Source of the DNA: Desulfosarcina sp.
GTDB lineage: Bacteria; Desulfobacterota; Desulfobacteria; Desulfobacterales; Desulfosarcinaceae
Reading direction: 5' to 3'
Length of the DNA stretch: 63,572 bases
Assembly (NCBI GenBank): GCA_050124445.1
Contig: JASFFF010000001.1
Coordinates: forward strand, 1-63,572
Positions 11,445-22,346 of the stretch are shown in pieces. The notes below the pieces were generated by a model that saw only the letters and a list, made by a program, of their open reading frames with translations, ran no database searches and had not been told where the DNA came from. A program made the position numbers and the translations under genes. The stretch's first letter is position 1. Every line of letters starts with the position of its first letter.

Positions 11445-13025
11445 ATGAAGGTGTTGGTCAGTGACAATCTGGGTGAAGATGGAATCCGCATGTTTCAAGA
11501 TACGCCAGGTTTGGCGGTGGACGTAAAAACCGGCCTGGAACCAGAGGCGCTCAAGGCGATTATTGGCGAATATGACGCCCTGGTGATCCGCAGTTCCACC
11601 AAAGTAACCGCCGACCTCTTGCAGGCCGCATCGAGACTCAAGGTGGTGGGACGAGCTGGAATCGGACTGGACAATGTGGACATTCCCGAAGCCACCCGTC
11701 GCGGGGTGGTGGTGATGAATACACCCACCGGCAACGTGGTAACGACGGCCGAACACGCGATTGCCATGATGCTCGCCCTGACCCGCAACATTCCTAAGGG
11801 AACCGCTTCTTTGCGAGACGGTCGCTGGGAGAAGAAAAAACTGCAGGGGCGAGAAATTTTCAACAAGGTGCTTGGGGTCATCGGATATGGCAAAATTGGT
11901 GCTATTGTTGCCGATCGTGCCCGCGGGCTCAAGATGAATGTGATCATCCACGACCCCTTTGTGAATCCGGAACAGATCCAAAAGGCGGGGTTCGAAAGCG
12001 TGGATCTGGAGAACTTGTACAGGCGGGCCGATTACATCACCGTGCACGTGCCCAAATTGAAAAATACGGTCGGAATGATAAATCAGTCTGCTCTCGACCA
12101 GATGAAGCCGGGGGTGATGATTATCAATTGCGCCCGTGGTGGCATCGTCAATGAAGGCGCCCTCTTGGCGGCCATCGAGAGCGGCCAGGTGGCCGGGGCA
12201 GCCCTGGACGTATTCGAAACGGAGCCCCCGGGTTTGTCCCCGTTGATTGCCCACGAACGGGTGATATGTACCCCCCACCTGGGTGCGTCCACCCGCGAAG
12301 CCCAGACCAATGTAGCCGTAGCCATTGCCCAGCAGATCATCGATTTTCTCAGCGCCGGTACGGTGATCAATGCGGTCAACATGCCTTCCGTGACCGGTGA
12401 GGTCTTGAAAAAGATCGGCCCTTACCTCACCCTGGCCGATCGCATGGGATGTCTCCAGGCCCAGCTGGTGAAAGGCCCCATGAAAGAGGTGGTCGTAGAG
12501 TTCTGTGGCGACTTCAAAGACCTGGATCTCTCACCCGTATCCACAGCCGTACTCAAGGGCATGCTGACGCCGGTTGTCAAAGATGATGTGAATTTTGTAA
12601 ACGCCCATGTCATGGCGCAGCAGCGGGGCATCAAGGTAACGGAAACCAGTAGCGCCGAATCGGATTTCTACGTCAACCAGATCACCGTACGTGCGATCAG
12701 CACCGAGATGGAGTGCGTTGTTTCGGGGACGATCTTCGGAAAGAAAGATCCACGGATCGTCAAGATCGACAAGTTTCGCCTGGAGATGATACCCGATGGA
12801 CACATGGCCTTGATCCAAAACATCGACAAGCCCGGCTCCATCGGAGAGATTGGCACCACCTTGGGACGACACAACATCAATATCGGCAGAATGCAGGTGG
12901 GGCAGGAGGAAGAGGGGGACCGCAACATCGTATTTCTGACCACCGACACGCCCATCCCCGAGGCGGTCGTGGAGGAGATGCGCCAGCTTTCGCTGGTCAA
13001 GACGGTTACACCGCTTGAATTTTAA
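11445..13025 (+). CDS. serA: D-3-phosphoglycerate dehydrogenase (with ASB and ACT domains)
   Basis: GRAGIGLDNVD, GYGKIG, INCARGG, TPHLGAST, C-terminal ACT (DKPG.IG). Confidence 0.96.
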   Translation: MKVLVSDNLGEDGIRMFQDTPGLAVDVKTGLEPEALKAIIGEYDALVIRSSTKVTADLLQAASRLKVVGRAGIGLDNVDIPEATRRGVVVMNTPTGNVVTTAEHAIAMMLALTRNIPKGTASLRDGRWEKKKLQGREIFNKVLGVIGYGKIGAIVADRARGLKMNVIIHDPFVNPEQIQKAGFESVDLENLYRRADYITVHVPKLKNTVGMINQSALDQMKPGVMIINCARGGIVNEGALLAAIESGQVAGAALDVFETEPPGLSPLIAHERVICTPHLGASTREAQTNVAVAIAQQIIDFLSAGTVINAVNMPSVTGEVLKKIGPYLTLADRMGCLQAQLVKGPMKEVVVEFCGDFKDLDLSPVSTAVLKGMLTPVVKDDVNFVNAHVMAQQRGIKVTETSSAESDFYVNQITVRAISTEMECVVSGTIFGKKDPRIVKIDKFRLEMIPDGHMALIQNIDKPGSIGEIGTTLGRHNINIGRMQVGQEEEGDRNIVFLTTDTPIPEAVVEEMRQLSLVKTVTPLEF

Positions 13026-13135
13026 GCATACCGTCTGTGGCACGACAAGCGAACGCTTCAACGATCTTGCCGCCCGGAAAAGTTTTCCCACCCGCTGACA
13101 TAGCGGTAACAATCAATATTTTAGGAGCATGCGCC

Positions 13136-13438
13136 ATGACAGACGAAAAGCAAGACAACACCGGTAAAATGCGTCCGGACAGCCAATCGCCCCTGCCCGC
13201 CATCAATTTCGCCACCTTTATTTTTTCGCTCAATTCGTCGGCGCTGGTACAATTGGGCCTCATGGAGGATCCCATTAGCGGCGAAAAGACCAAAAATCTG
13301 CCGCTGGCCAAGCAGACCATCGACATCCTTTCCATGTTGGAAGAGAAGACAGCAGGCAATCTGGACACCGACGAGGCGGCGATGCTAAAAAACATCCTCT
13401 ACGATCTGCGGATCCATTACGTAAAGGAAACGGCATAA
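13136..13438 (+). CDS. DUF1844 family protein
   Basis: F.TFI.SL.SSALVQLG...AKQTIDIL.ML.EKT.GNL...E pattern; AGGAG RBS before ATG 13136. Confidence 0.85.
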   Translation: MTDEKQDNTGKMRPDSQSPLPAINFATFIFSLNSSALVQLGLMEDPISGEKTKNLPLAKQTIDILSMLEEKTAGNLDTDEAAMLKNILYDLRIHYVKETA

Positions 13439-13460
13439 CGCCACGCAGCCAGTATTCCCC

Positions 13461-14333
13461 ATGGAACCGTTGCACCTAAAAGCGCCAGCCAAAATCAATC
13501 TTTTCCTGCGTGTTACCGGTAGACGTCCCGACGGCTATCATGAGCTGCATTCCCTTCTGTGCCCCTTGGCCCTTTTCGACACCTTGACCCTGATACCTGG
13601 AGGCAGGGGCATCCGCGTCATCTGCGACCATCCCGACGTACCACGAGATGACGCCAACCTGGCTGCCCAATCGGCCCGTCTGTTCCTCAAGGCCGCTTTC
13701 AAGCACAGCACGCCACCTTTTTCAGGTCTGACCATTCAGATTAACAAACGAATTCCTGTGGGTGCCGGTCTCGGCGGCGGCAGCAGCGATGCCGCTGCCA
13801 TGCTGACCGCTTTGAACACCCAATGCGGCAACCCCCTTTCCACGCCAGCGCTCATGGCCTTGGGCCGGCACATCGGTGCCGACGTTCCTTTCTTTATCGG
13901 GGGCCGGCCGGCTGTGGCAACCGGCATTGGCGACAAGCTCGAGCCCTTTGCCCGCCTCACTCCGTGGACGGCTTTGGTGATCTATCCCGGTGAGGTGGTG
14001 TCCACCGCATGGGTCTACAAAAATCTGAATTTAAGATTGACAAAAGACGAAAAAAAACTTAGTAAATTCCACTTTGATGGCCGAATTTTCAAGGTTGATG
14101 ACCATCTGGTTAACGACCTGGAAACGGTAACTGTCAAGTCGTTTCCAGTCATCAAACAGATAAAGCGCTTGCTGCTGGCACATGGAGCGGTCGGAGCCAT
14201 GATGTCTGGCAGCGGCTCAGCCGTGTTTGGGTTGTATGAATCACCCAAGCGAGCCATCTCAGCATATACAGCCTTGTGTAACAATCAGCAGAGTCAAAAC
14301 TGGACGCTTTATGTGGCGGACCTTTTGATCTAA
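13461..14333 (+). CDS. ispE: 4-diphosphocytidyl-2-C-methyl-D-erythritol kinase
   Basis: [39 protein letters not shown]. Confidence 0.96.
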   Translation: MEPLHLKAPAKINLFLRVTGRRPDGYHELHSLLCPLALFDTLTLIPGGRGIRVICDHPDVPRDDANLAAQSARLFLKAAFKHSTPPFSGLTIQINKRIPVGAGLGGGSSDAAAMLTALNTQCGNPLSTPALMALGRHIGADVPFFIGGRPAVATGIGDKLEPFARLTPWTALVIYPGEVVSTAWVYKNLNLRLTKDEKKLSKFHFDGRIFKVDDHLVNDLETVTVKSFPVIKQIKRLLLAHGAVGAMMSGSGSAVFGLYESPKRAISAYTALCNNQQSQNWTLYVADLLI

Positions 14334-14382
14334 GGCCCGGTTGTTGCTTGAGTGTGTGCTCAAGGCACCGGCATATTTCTGC

Positions 14383-14457
14383 TGGGGCGTCGTCAAGTGG
14401 AAAGACACAGGATTTTGGTTCCTGCATTCGGAGGTTCGAATCCTCCCGCCCCAGCCA
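14383..14457 (+). tRNA. tRNA-Gln (TTG)
   Basis: TGGGGCG acceptor stem, CAGGA-TTTTGGT-TCCTG anticodon arm, GGTTCGAATCC T-loop, encoded CCA; usual position between ispE and prs. Confidence 0.97.
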
Positions 14458-14487
14458 ATCCAAGGAACAAGGAGCGGCATTTACAAA

Positions 14488-15438
14488 GTGACACCGAAAA
14501 AGCATAACTTCGCTATTTTTACAGGTAATTCCAACCCGAATTTGGCGTTAAAGATCGGTGAATACCTTGGGATGCCGCTTTGCGGTGCGGTCGTCAAGCG
14601 CTTTAGTGATGGCGAAATTCAGATCGAGATCGATGAGAACGTAAGAGCCAAAGATGTCTTCGTGATTCAATCCACCTGCGATCCGGTCAATGACAACCTG
14701 GTCGAACTGCTCCTCATGGTGGATGCGCTCAAACGGGCATCTGCCAGGCGAATTACCGCTGTCATTCCCTACTACGGTTATGCCCGGCAGGATAAAAAGG
14801 TGGCCCCCCGTGTGCCCATCAGCGCCAAATTGGTTGCCGACCTGCTGACGACTGCCGGGGCCACCCGCGTGATTACCATGGATCTGCACGCTGGCCAGAT
14901 CCAAGGTTTTTTCAATATCCCCGTGGATAACCTATACGCGGCACCCGTGCTTTTAGACTACATTAAATCCAATTTTAACGAAAACTTGGTGATCGTGTCC
15001 CCTGATGCCGGCGGGGTCGAGCGGGCGCGTGCCTTCGCCAAACGACTCAATGCGGGATTGGCCATTGTGGACAAGCGTCGTTCAGCCCCCAATAAAGCCC
15101 AGGCCATGGCGGTGATCGGTGATGTGAAGGACAAAACGGTGGTCATTCAGGACGATATGATCGATACCGCCGGGACCCTCACCGAGGCGGTGAACGCGAT
15201 CACGGAGCACGGCGCCCGGGAGGTCCACGCCTGCTGCGCGCACCCGGTACTTTCCGGCCCGGCCGTAGACCGCATCAACGCCTCGCCGATCAACAGTGTC
15301 GTGTGTACGGATACCATTCCGCTGAACGCCAATGCGGCGACCTGCAATAAAATCAAAGTGCTTTCCATCTCCGATCTGGTAGGGGAGGCCATCATCCGAA
15401 GCTACACCGGGGATTCGGTAACATCCTTGTTTGTGTAA
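14488..15438 (+). CDS. prs: Ribose-phosphate pyrophosphokinase
   Basis: [41 protein letters not shown]; GTG start after the tRNA. Confidence 0.96.
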   Translation: MTPKKHNFAIFTGNSNPNLALKIGEYLGMPLCGAVVKRFSDGEIQIEIDENVRAKDVFVIQSTCDPVNDNLVELLLMVDALKRASARRITAVIPYYGYARQDKKVAPRVPISAKLVADLLTTAGATRVITMDLHAGQIQGFFNIPVDNLYAAPVLLDYIKSNFNENLVIVSPDAGGVERARAFAKRLNAGLAIVDKRRSAPNKAQAMAVIGDVKDKTVVIQDDMIDTAGTLTEAVNAITEHGAREVHACCAHPVLSGPAVDRINASPINSVVCTDTIPLNANAATCNKIKVLSISDLVGEAIIRSYTGDSVTSLFV

Positions 15439-15462
15439 TCTTCGTTAAGGAGGAACCAACCG

Positions 15463-16125
15463 TTGGAAACTGTGAACCTTAGAGCAACCCTGCGGGAGAC
15501 GGTGGGTAACGGACCGTCGCGAGTGTTGCGGCGGGAAGGTAAGATTCCGGCCATTTTATATGGTCCCAAAAAAGCGCCGGTCAAATTGACCGTCGATAAA
15601 CTCGACTTGGATCCCATTTTCAAGTCCGGTGCCGTATCACAGAAACTGTTGAAGCTGCGCGTCGACGGTCTGGATGGGACCAGCAATGTCATGATCAAGG
15701 AGATGCAGCGGCATCCTGTCTCACACAATCTGCTCCATCTTGACTTCTATGAAGTCACCATGGACCAGAAGATCAAAGTGATGGTTCCGGTGGCGGTCAC
15801 CGGCAAGAGCGCCGGGGTGGAGATAGGCGGTATGCTGCAGATCATCCGCCGTGAACTGGAAGTCTTTTGTCTGCCCGGCCGAATTCCCGAAAATATTACC
15901 ATTGACATTACCGACCTTGATATCGGTGATTCGTTTCACGTAGAAGACCTCACCCTGGAAGAAGATGTTGAAATTCCTGCAGAGGTCAACTTTACCATCT
16001 TGACCGTCCTCAGCCCGAAGGCTGAAGAAGAGGAAGTGGAAGCAGAAGAAGAGGAACTGGAGGGTGAAGAAGGAGTCGAGGCCGCTGAAGATACTGAAGC
16101 CGCCGAAGAACCGGCAGCTGAATAG
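15463..16125 (+). CDS. rplY: 50S ribosomal protein L25 / general stress protein Ctc
   Basis: R.LRREGKIPAILYG, QRHPV...LHLDF, acidic tail; between prs and pth. Confidence 0.95.
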   Translation: METVNLRATLRETVGNGPSRVLRREGKIPAILYGPKKAPVKLTVDKLDLDPIFKSGAVSQKLLKLRVDGLDGTSNVMIKEMQRHPVSHNLLHLDFYEVTMDQKIKVMVPVAVTGKSAGVEIGGMLQIIRRELEVFCLPGRIPENITIDITDLDIGDSFHVEDLTLEEDVEIPAEVNFTILTVLSPKAEEEEVEAEEEELEGEEGVEAAEDTEAAEEPAAE

Positions 16126-16155
16126 TCTTTCGTATAAGGGGCCGCCATCGCCGCA

Positions 16156-16749
16156 ATGGCAGATCGTCGCAAGCATTTGATTGTCGGACTCGGAAACCCG
16201 GGTCACGCCTATGCTTTTAACCGCCATAACATCGGATTTATGGCCGTTGACCGGCTGATCGATCAATTCAAGCTGACCGCCTGCCGCGGCAGGATCCATG
16301 CTCAGATCGCCCAGGGCCGTCTGGCCGGTGTTCCGGTGATGGCCGTCAAACCGCTGGCCTTTATGAACCGATCCGGGGTGCCGGTGGGCGATATCGTACA
16401 CATTTACGGGACGCAATGCGAGGATATGGTCGTCATCCACGATGACATTGACCTTGCTTATGAAAGATTGAAAATCAAAGAGAAAGGGGGGGATGGAGGA
16501 CACAATGGAGTAAGGTCCCTGATAGACGCCCTGGGGACCGACAATTTCGTGAGGGTGCGAATGGGCGTCGGACGGCCCGAGGCCGACATTGGGGTGGTGG
16601 AATACGTTCTGGGGGATTTTGACGCCGACCAGCGTCCAACCTTAGAATCCTTTCTATCACGGGCCATGGAAGCCGTCGAAGTAATCCTTTGTGAAGGCGC
16701 AAAGGAAGCCATGAATCGGTTTAACAAAAAAACCTTGATTTCACGCTAA
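16156..16749 (+). CDS. pth: Peptidyl-tRNA hydrolase
   Basis: LIVGLGNPG, RHNIGF, FMN.SG, HDDID, GGHNG. Confidence 0.96.
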   Translation: MADRRKHLIVGLGNPGHAYAFNRHNIGFMAVDRLIDQFKLTACRGRIHAQIAQGRLAGVPVMAVKPLAFMNRSGVPVGDIVHIYGTQCEDMVVIHDDIDLAYERLKIKEKGGDGGHNGVRSLIDALGTDNFVRVRMGVGRPEADIGVVEYVLGDFDADQRPTLESFLSRAMEAVEVILCEGAKEAMNRFNKKTLISR

Positions 16750-16768
16750 CCACTGAATGGAGGAAAGA

Positions 16769-18781
16769 ATGGAAGTTGTAATGAACAACATACCGCTCGT
16801 GTGTACGTTGGTCGGTGTAGCTGGTGTGCTCTTTTCGATTATCCTCGCTGGTATCGTCAAAGGCGCGCCTGCCGGCGATGAGAAAATGCAGGCCATCGCC
16901 GGTGCCATTCAGGAAGGCGCCATCGCCTATCTGAATCGCCAGCTCAAAAGTATGGGTATTGCCGGTGTCATTATTTTTGCCATAATTTTTGTCACCATGG
17001 GCGCCAAAACCGCTTTCGGATTTCTGCTGGGCGCTGTGGCCTCATTTCTGGCCGGTTATATCGGCATGCGCGTTTCCGTTCTGGCCAACGTGCGTACCGC
17101 CGAAGCGGCCAAAAACGGCATGGCTGCCGGCCTCTCCATGGCATTCAAGGGCGGTTCCGTTACCGGCATGATCGTGGCCGGGCTGGCCTTGACCTCCGTG
17201 GCCGGCTACTACACCGCCACCCATGACGTCATCGCCCTGGTCGCCCTCGGCTTCGGCGGCAGCCTGATTTCCATCTTCGCCCGTCTGGGCGGCGGCATCT
17301 TCACCAAGGGCGCCGACGTGGGCGCCGACCTGGTGGGTAAGGTTGAAGCCGGCATCCCCGAGGACGATCCCCGCAATCCGGCCACCATCGCCGACAATGT
17401 GGGCGACAACGTGGGCGACTGCGCCGGCATGGCCGCGGACCTGTTCGAGACCTATGCCGTCACCGCCGTGGCCGCCATGCTGATCGGCCACCTGCTGTTC
17501 CCCAAAGTTCCCATGGCCACCGAGTTTCCGCTCGTGCTTGGCGCAATCTCCATCATCGCCTCCATGATCGCCGTCTTCTTCGTCCGTCTGGGCAGCGGTG
17601 GCTACATCATGGGTGCCTTGTACAAAGGCATGTTCGGCTCCGCCATACTGGCGGCCATCGCCTTTTACTATGTCTGCGTCAAGTTCATGACCGGCCTGGG
17701 TGACATCACCGGCATGGACATCTTTTACTGTGCGCTGATCGGCCTGGTGCTGACCGTGGTCATCGTCATCATCACCGAATACTACACCGGCATCTTTGGT
17801 CCGGTGAAGAGCATTGCCGATGCTTCCACCACTGGCCACGGCACCAACATCATTGCCGGTCTGGCCGTCTCCATGCAGGCCACCGCGGCACCGGTGCTGG
17901 CCATCTGCTTCGCCATCATGCTGGCCTACCATTTCGCCGGGCTCTACGGCATCGCCATGGCCGCCATGTCCATGCTCTCCATGACCGGTATGGTTATCGC
18001 CATTGACGCCTACGGCCCCATCACCGACAACGCCGGCGGCATCGCCGAGATGGCCGAGATGGACGAGAGTGTTCGTGCCGTCACCGATCCGCTGGATGCG
18101 GTGGGCAACACCACCAAGGCTGTCACAAAAGGCTACGCCATTGGTTCCGCCGGCCTGGCTGCCCTGGTGCTCTTTGCCGCCTACGTGATGGAGTTCCAGA
18201 TCAAGGGCGGAGCCGAAGAAGCCATGGCTTTCGACCTGTCCGACGTGAACGTCATTATCGGACTGTTCATCGGCGGTCTGCTGCCCTATCTGTTTGCTTC
18301 CATCGCCATGAAGGCGGTCGGCAATGCCGGCGGCGCTGTGGTCGAGGAAGTGCGGCGTCAGTTCCGCGAAATCCCGGGCATCATGGAAGGCACCGCCAAG
18401 CCGGACTATGGTGCATGCGTGGACATCGTCACCAAGTTCGCCCTCAAGGAGATGCTGGTGCCCGCACTGCTGCCCGTGGTCGCGCCTTTGCTGGTGGGCT
18501 TCCTGCTGGGCAAAATCGCCCTGGGCGGCTTGCTCATCGGCTCCATCGTTACAGGTGTGTTCGTGGCCTTGTCCATGACCACCGGTGGCGCCGCCTGGGA
18601 CAATGCCAAGAAGTACATTGAAGACGGCCACCTGGGTGGCAAGGGCTCCGATGCCCATAAAGCCGCCGTTACCGGCGACACTGTTGGCGACCCCTACAAA
18701 GACACCGCCGGCCCGGCCGTTAACCCGATGATCAAAATCCTAAACGTTGTGGCCCTGTTGATGGTTCCGTTCCTGCTGTAG
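16769..18781 (+). CDS. hppA: Membrane-bound pyrophosphatase, K+-independent H+-pumping type
   Basis: [30 protein letters not shown]; GNTTKA (Lys, not Ala) marks the K+-independent clade. Confidence 0.93.
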   Translation: MEVVMNNIPLVCTLVGVAGVLFSIILAGIVKGAPAGDEKMQAIAGAIQEGAIAYLNRQLKSMGIAGVIIFAIIFVTMGAKTAFGFLLGAVASFLAGYIGMRVSVLANVRTAEAAKNGMAAGLSMAFKGGSVTGMIVAGLALTSVAGYYTATHDVIALVALGFGGSLISIFARLGGGIFTKGADVGADLVGKVEAGIPEDDPRNPATIADNVGDNVGDCAGMAADLFETYAVTAVAAMLIGHLLFPKVPMATEFPLVLGAISIIASMIAVFFVRLGSGGYIMGALYKGMFGSAILAAIAFYYVCVKFMTGLGDITGMDIFYCALIGLVLTVVIVIITEYYTGIFGPVKSIADASTTGHGTNIIAGLAVSMQATAAPVLAICFAIMLAYHFAGLYGIAMAAMSMLSMTGMVIAIDAYGPITDNAGGIAEMAEMDESVRAVTDPLDAVGNTTKAVTKGYAIGSAGLAALVLFAAYVMEFQIKGGAEEAMAFDLSDVNVIIGLFIGGLLPYLFASIAMKAVGNAGGAVVEEVRRQFREIPGIMEGTAKPDYGACVDIVTKFALKEMLVPALLPVVAPLLVGFLLGKIALGGLLIGSIVTGVFVALSMTTGGAAWDNAKKYIEDGHLGGKGSDAHKAAVTGDTVGDPYKDTAGPAVNPMIKILNVVALLMVPFLL

Positions 18782-18823
18782 CCACCAATGTGGTTTTGAT
18801 CCGCATGAATCGGCAGTTCCAAG

Positions 18824-18857
18824 AGGATTGGCGCCTGACGGCGCCAATCCTTTTTTT
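18824..18857 (+). terminator. Rho-independent terminator after hppA
   Basis: AGGATTGGCGCC-TGAC-GGCGCCAATCCT followed by a T run. Confidence 0.85.
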
Positions 18858-19047
18858 ATTGATTATTGGCGGTTGCAATGGTATATTGTGCTATTCCATA
18901 TGCTTATTATTTGCTTCCCCCAAGAGGCGACGGGGAACCCGCCCTTACGGAATTCACGAATCAAGCGGTCGCCTGTGAGGCCCGGGCGCTGACCTGGGAG
19001 CCCAAACCCGCTCGAGGTGGCTTTAACTCCTGATCACTGGTACCCAC

Positions 19048-19593
19048 ATGTCTGAAAAATCGGTGAACGACAACTCAAAAGGCACATCACCTCCCAAACG
19101 GTTCAAGATAGGTGATCTGGCCGTTTATCCGGCCCATGGTGTCGGACGCATCGAAGCCATCGAAACCAAGGTGGTCAACGGAGAAGAGCATGACTTTTAC
19201 ATTATGAAGATCATTGAAAACGCCATGGTGATCATGATTCCCACCTGGAATGTGGAATCGGTAGGGCTACGGGATGTCATCCAGAAAAAAGATATCCCTA
19301 AGATATACGACGTCATGCGTTCGCGCCAAGAGCAGCCCATGGACAACCAGACCTGGAATCGGCGCTACCGGGAGTATATGGAGAAGATTAAAACCGGCTC
19401 GTTATTCGAAGTGGCCGAGGTGTTCCGAGATCTGTCGTTGCTCAAATTGAACAAAGATCTCTCATTCGGTGAGCGCAAACTCTACGATACGGCTCAGAAC
19501 CTGCTGGTCAAAGAACTGTCTACCGCCAAGAACAAGAACGAAAAGGCCATTGTCAAAGAGATTGCCGCCTTGTTCAAATCCGACGATGCCTGA
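19048..19593 (+). CDS. carD: CarD/CdnL family RNA polymerase-binding factor
   Basis: FKIGDLAVYPAHGVG, WNRRYREY..KIKTG, LSFGERK. Confidence 0.93.
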   Translation: MSEKSVNDNSKGTSPPKRFKIGDLAVYPAHGVGRIEAIETKVVNGEEHDFYIMKIIENAMVIMIPTWNVESVGLRDVIQKKDIPKIYDVMRSRQEQPMDNQTWNRRYREYMEKIKTGSLFEVAEVFRDLSLLKLNKDLSFGERKLYDTAQNLLVKELSTAKNKNEKAIVKEIAALFKSDDA

Positions 19594-19604
19594 CCCAGCC
19601 TTCC

Positions 19605-20612
19605 ATGCCCAACCCGCAGCCGTCTTTTACTTTCCGCGTGAGCGCATGCCAAACCGGCCGGCGCCTCGACGCGCTGGTGGCCAGCGAAATTGATCATCTT
19701 TCGCGTTCATTTGCAGCAAAACTGATTCGGCAGGGGTGTATCCGGGTCGACGGTACAACCAGAAAGCCCGGTTATCTGACCAAAGCCGGCCAGTGGGTCC
19801 GAGGAGAGATCCATCTGCCGGAGGTCCCCAGCTTTCAACCCGAGGCCATTCCCCTTGACATCCTTTACGAAGACGAAGCCCTGCTGGTGGTCAACAAGGC
19901 ACCGGGTATGGTGGTCCATCCGGCGCCGGGACATAGCAGCGGTACGTTGACCAATGCCCTGATGCACCACTGCCCGGACCTGGCAGGCATATCCGGCAGT
20001 TTGCGACCGGGAATTGTCCACCGCCTGGACAAAGACACCTCAGGTGCTCTGGCGGTGGCCAAAAACAGCCGGGCCATGCATCACCTGGCGGACCAGTTCA
20101 AATCCCGCCGAGTCAGCAAACATTACCTGGCGCTGGTTTATGGCCTCCCGGCATCCAAGGCCGGCAGGATTGATCGGCCCATTGGCCGTCATCCGATGGA
20201 CCGCAAACGCATGTCCGTCAATACGAGAACGCCTCGTCCAGCCCTGACCCGTTGGCGGGTGTGTGAGCGCTTTGCCGGCGTATGTATGCTTGATTTGGAT
20301 ATCCGTACCGGTCGTACCCACCAGATTCGGGTGCACTGCCAATCTATGGGGCACCCGGTGATCGGCGACCCGGTTTACAGCAGTCGAGGCGCCCGCAACC
20401 GGCTGGCAGCCGTCTGCGGCCAAACGGCCTCAGCCACCCAAGGCGCAGATCGCCAGATGCTTCATGCCGCAAGGTTGGGGTTCACCCATCCTGAGAGCGG
20501 CGAGGCAGTGATCGTCCAGGCACCGATGTTCCCAGACATGACCGACCTGATTGACCGGTTTCGGCGGATTGCCGCAGGCGGCATCCGCGCATCGCAACGT
20601 CCTTCCATTTAG
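19605..20612 (+). CDS. rluD: RluA-family pseudouridine synthase with S4 domain (RluD-like)
   Basis: S4 RLD motif, VNKAPGMVVHP, VHRLDKDTSG, TGRTHQIRVH, LHA. Confidence 0.88.
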   Translation: MPNPQPSFTFRVSACQTGRRLDALVASEIDHLSRSFAAKLIRQGCIRVDGTTRKPGYLTKAGQWVRGEIHLPEVPSFQPEAIPLDILYEDEALLVVNKAPGMVVHPAPGHSSGTLTNALMHHCPDLAGISGSLRPGIVHRLDKDTSGALAVAKNSRAMHHLADQFKSRRVSKHYLALVYGLPASKAGRIDRPIGRHPMDRKRMSVNTRTPRPALTRWRVCERFAGVCMLDLDIRTGRTHQIRVHCQSMGHPVIGDPVYSSRGARNRLAAVCGQTASATQGADRQMLHAARLGFTHPESGEAVIVQAPMFPDMTDLIDRFRRIAAGGIRASQRPSI

Positions 20613-21520
20613 TTATTTCCCGTGAAGACTGCCGTTTGCGGATGGAACGCCTGCCAGGCAAACCAATAGGCAAAGATAGCTGTAACGGATTGGGATTGAT
20701 CATCCAACACGTCTACCACCTGACCGTCCTTCGATGTCACGATATGGATACGCTGCCCGCCAATGGTATCACCAATGCGGGTACCTCCAGACGCCAAGTG
20801 CGACAGCGGGTAGGCTTTGGCCATGCCGCCAATTTCTATGCCCAGAACCATCTCTTTGGCTGGCAGGTCGGTGCGCACATCTCCCACCGGAAACATGATT
20901 CCCATGGCCTTGTAGTAGCCTTGGTAGGGATCGACGGCATAGTTGCGGGTGTAGCCCGTATCCGTGGAAAGCACCTTGGTGGAGGGGTGGTCGGCTACCC
21001 AGCGTTTCCAACTGATCCGTTTGGCGGAAATTTTGTTTAACTTGCTGCCCACCATCGGTCCGGCAATGGCGGTTTCTTTCAACTGGGACCACAGGCTATC
21101 GGTCTGGTGATCATAGATCAACACGTTGCTTTTGTATAATCGTCCGGAAACGCCGAAGGTTAACGTCCGACCGTCGATATCTCTGGAGTAGACCACCCCA
21201 GTTTGGGTCAGCGGTCAGAAGGTCACTGCGAAGGGGGTGTCTCCGGCGGCGTCATTGACCACTTCATGCCAGTTGAGAATTTTAATCGGGTAGGCCTTGG
21301 GTTGTCCGGACACCACCACACCGATCACCAAGTCATGCGGGTTGAGGAAGTCAGCGCTGTCGGCATCCACGAATGTGGGTGTGAGCAGAGCCGGGATGCC
21401 ATCCTTGGGAGGCCCACCTGACAATATATCGGTCTTTGGAACGATGGCATTGTCCAACGTGAAACCGCCGATAAAAAGGGGCAGGGTCAATAGATAAGCC
21501 ATTAGCGGGATTCGTCTCAT
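20609..21520 (-). CDS. DUF3179 domain selenoprotein (Sec at about residue 102, U-P-L-T)
   Basis: ORFs 21215-21679 and 20609-21196 are in one frame, joined by a single TGA (21217-21215) in AVTF-U-PLTQTGVVY, where DUF3179 has the first Cys of T(Y/F)CPL; GGPPKDGIP, WHEVVND, FGVSGRLY, SLWSQ and YWFAW motifs; SECIS-like hairpin downstream. Confidence 0.85.
21183..21201 (-). promoter_or_regulatory. Bacterial SECIS-like hairpin
   Basis: mRNA CUGGGGU-GGUCU-ACUCCAG, 7-bp stem starting 13 nt after the UGA; loop resembles the E. coli fdhF SECIS loop. Confidence 0.7.
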
Positions 21521-21672
21521 GGCATAATTCTCCTTTCGTGTGCGAGATGCTGGTTTTTCAGTCGAACGGGCAACCCAAAGCTTACAAGTATCCTTAAAAT
21601 TGTCCGCTGGCGGCATTGACCGACGATGCCGGCGGGGCCACCGATCCCTGTCCGACAAAGGTCGATAAGGGT

Positions 21673-21714
21673 TTGACAACGAAGTGTATTCGATTTATTT
21701 GTATGTACATGCAA
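21673..21714 (+). promoter_or_regulatory. marR promoter with candidate MarR operator
   Basis: TTGACA at 21673 and near-perfect palindrome TTGTATGT-ACATGCAA (21699-21714) just before the marR ATG. Confidence 0.55.
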
Positions 21715-21727
21715 TTATATCATCGTC

Positions 21728-22186
21728 ATGGATAACAGCAGTCACATTTTTCACCGTTGCCTATATTTTACGGCCAACTCGCTGGCGCGCGTGATAACCC
21801 GTATGGCCGACGAGGAATTTCGATCCACCGGACTGTCACCCTCACATGCATTCTTAATGATGTTGGTCAACGATCGGCCCGGCATCGGTCAAAAGGAATT
21901 GTGTGAGCAGCTGCAATTGGCGCCGTCGACGGTTACCCGGTTTATCGATAGTCTGGTGCATCGGGGCTATGCGATCCGTCGATCCGAAGGCAAAACATCC
22001 AAGGTTCATGCAACGGCGGCGGGGGAACAGCTGCGTGAACCCATCGCGGATGCCTGGAAGCGTCTTCATCAGCGATACGCCAAGGTACTGGGACTGAAAT
22101 CCGGTGACCACTTGACGGCCATGATCGATGACGCCAGCCAGAAATTGGTGGCTGCATCTGATTCTATGGGTGAATCGACCACATGA
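21728..22186 (+). CDS. MarR family transcriptional regulator
   Basis: Winged HTH (GQKELCEQLQLAPSTVTRFIDSL..RG...R), N-terminal RCLYF; 152 aa. Confidence 0.9.
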   Translation: MDNSSHIFHRCLYFTANSLARVITRMADEEFRSTGLSPSHAFLMMLVNDRPGIGQKELCEQLQLAPSTVTRFIDSLVHRGYAIRRSEGKTSKVHATAAGEQLREPIADAWKRLHQRYAKVLGLKSGDHLTAMIDDASQKLVAASDSMGESTT

Positions 22187-22193
22187 CCAATCA

Positions 22194-22346
22194 ATTGAAC
22201 CGCAACAGCGAGCACATTCCCCGTCGCTTGTCGAAGCAAAGCGCAGATCCTGCTCATCGGGGCGGCGGGGTTAGCGAGTGAATACAAAATAGGCAGCATT
22301 CCTCACGGTCGACGATTCCTGGCAGCTTGCTGCAAGGTTCTTCAAT
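22194..22346. mobile_element. MITE/palindromic repeat-like element (153 bp)
   Basis: Bounded by inverted ATTGAA / TTCAAT; internal palindromes CCCCGTCGC...GCGGCGGGG and GCAGC-TT-GCTGC; no credible ORF. Confidence 0.55.

Noticed and set aside
14341-14487. N-terminal extension of prs
   Set aside because: Runs through tRNA-Gln; GTG at 14488 fits the normal Prs length
17042-18658. 538-aa minus-strand ORF
   Set aside because: Antisense shadow of hppA caused by strong GC3 codon bias; no motifs
20609-21679. Pseudogene or two-gene reading of DUF3179
   Set aside because: The stop is an in-frame TGA at the conserved Cys with a SECIS-like hairpin, and there are no other lesions
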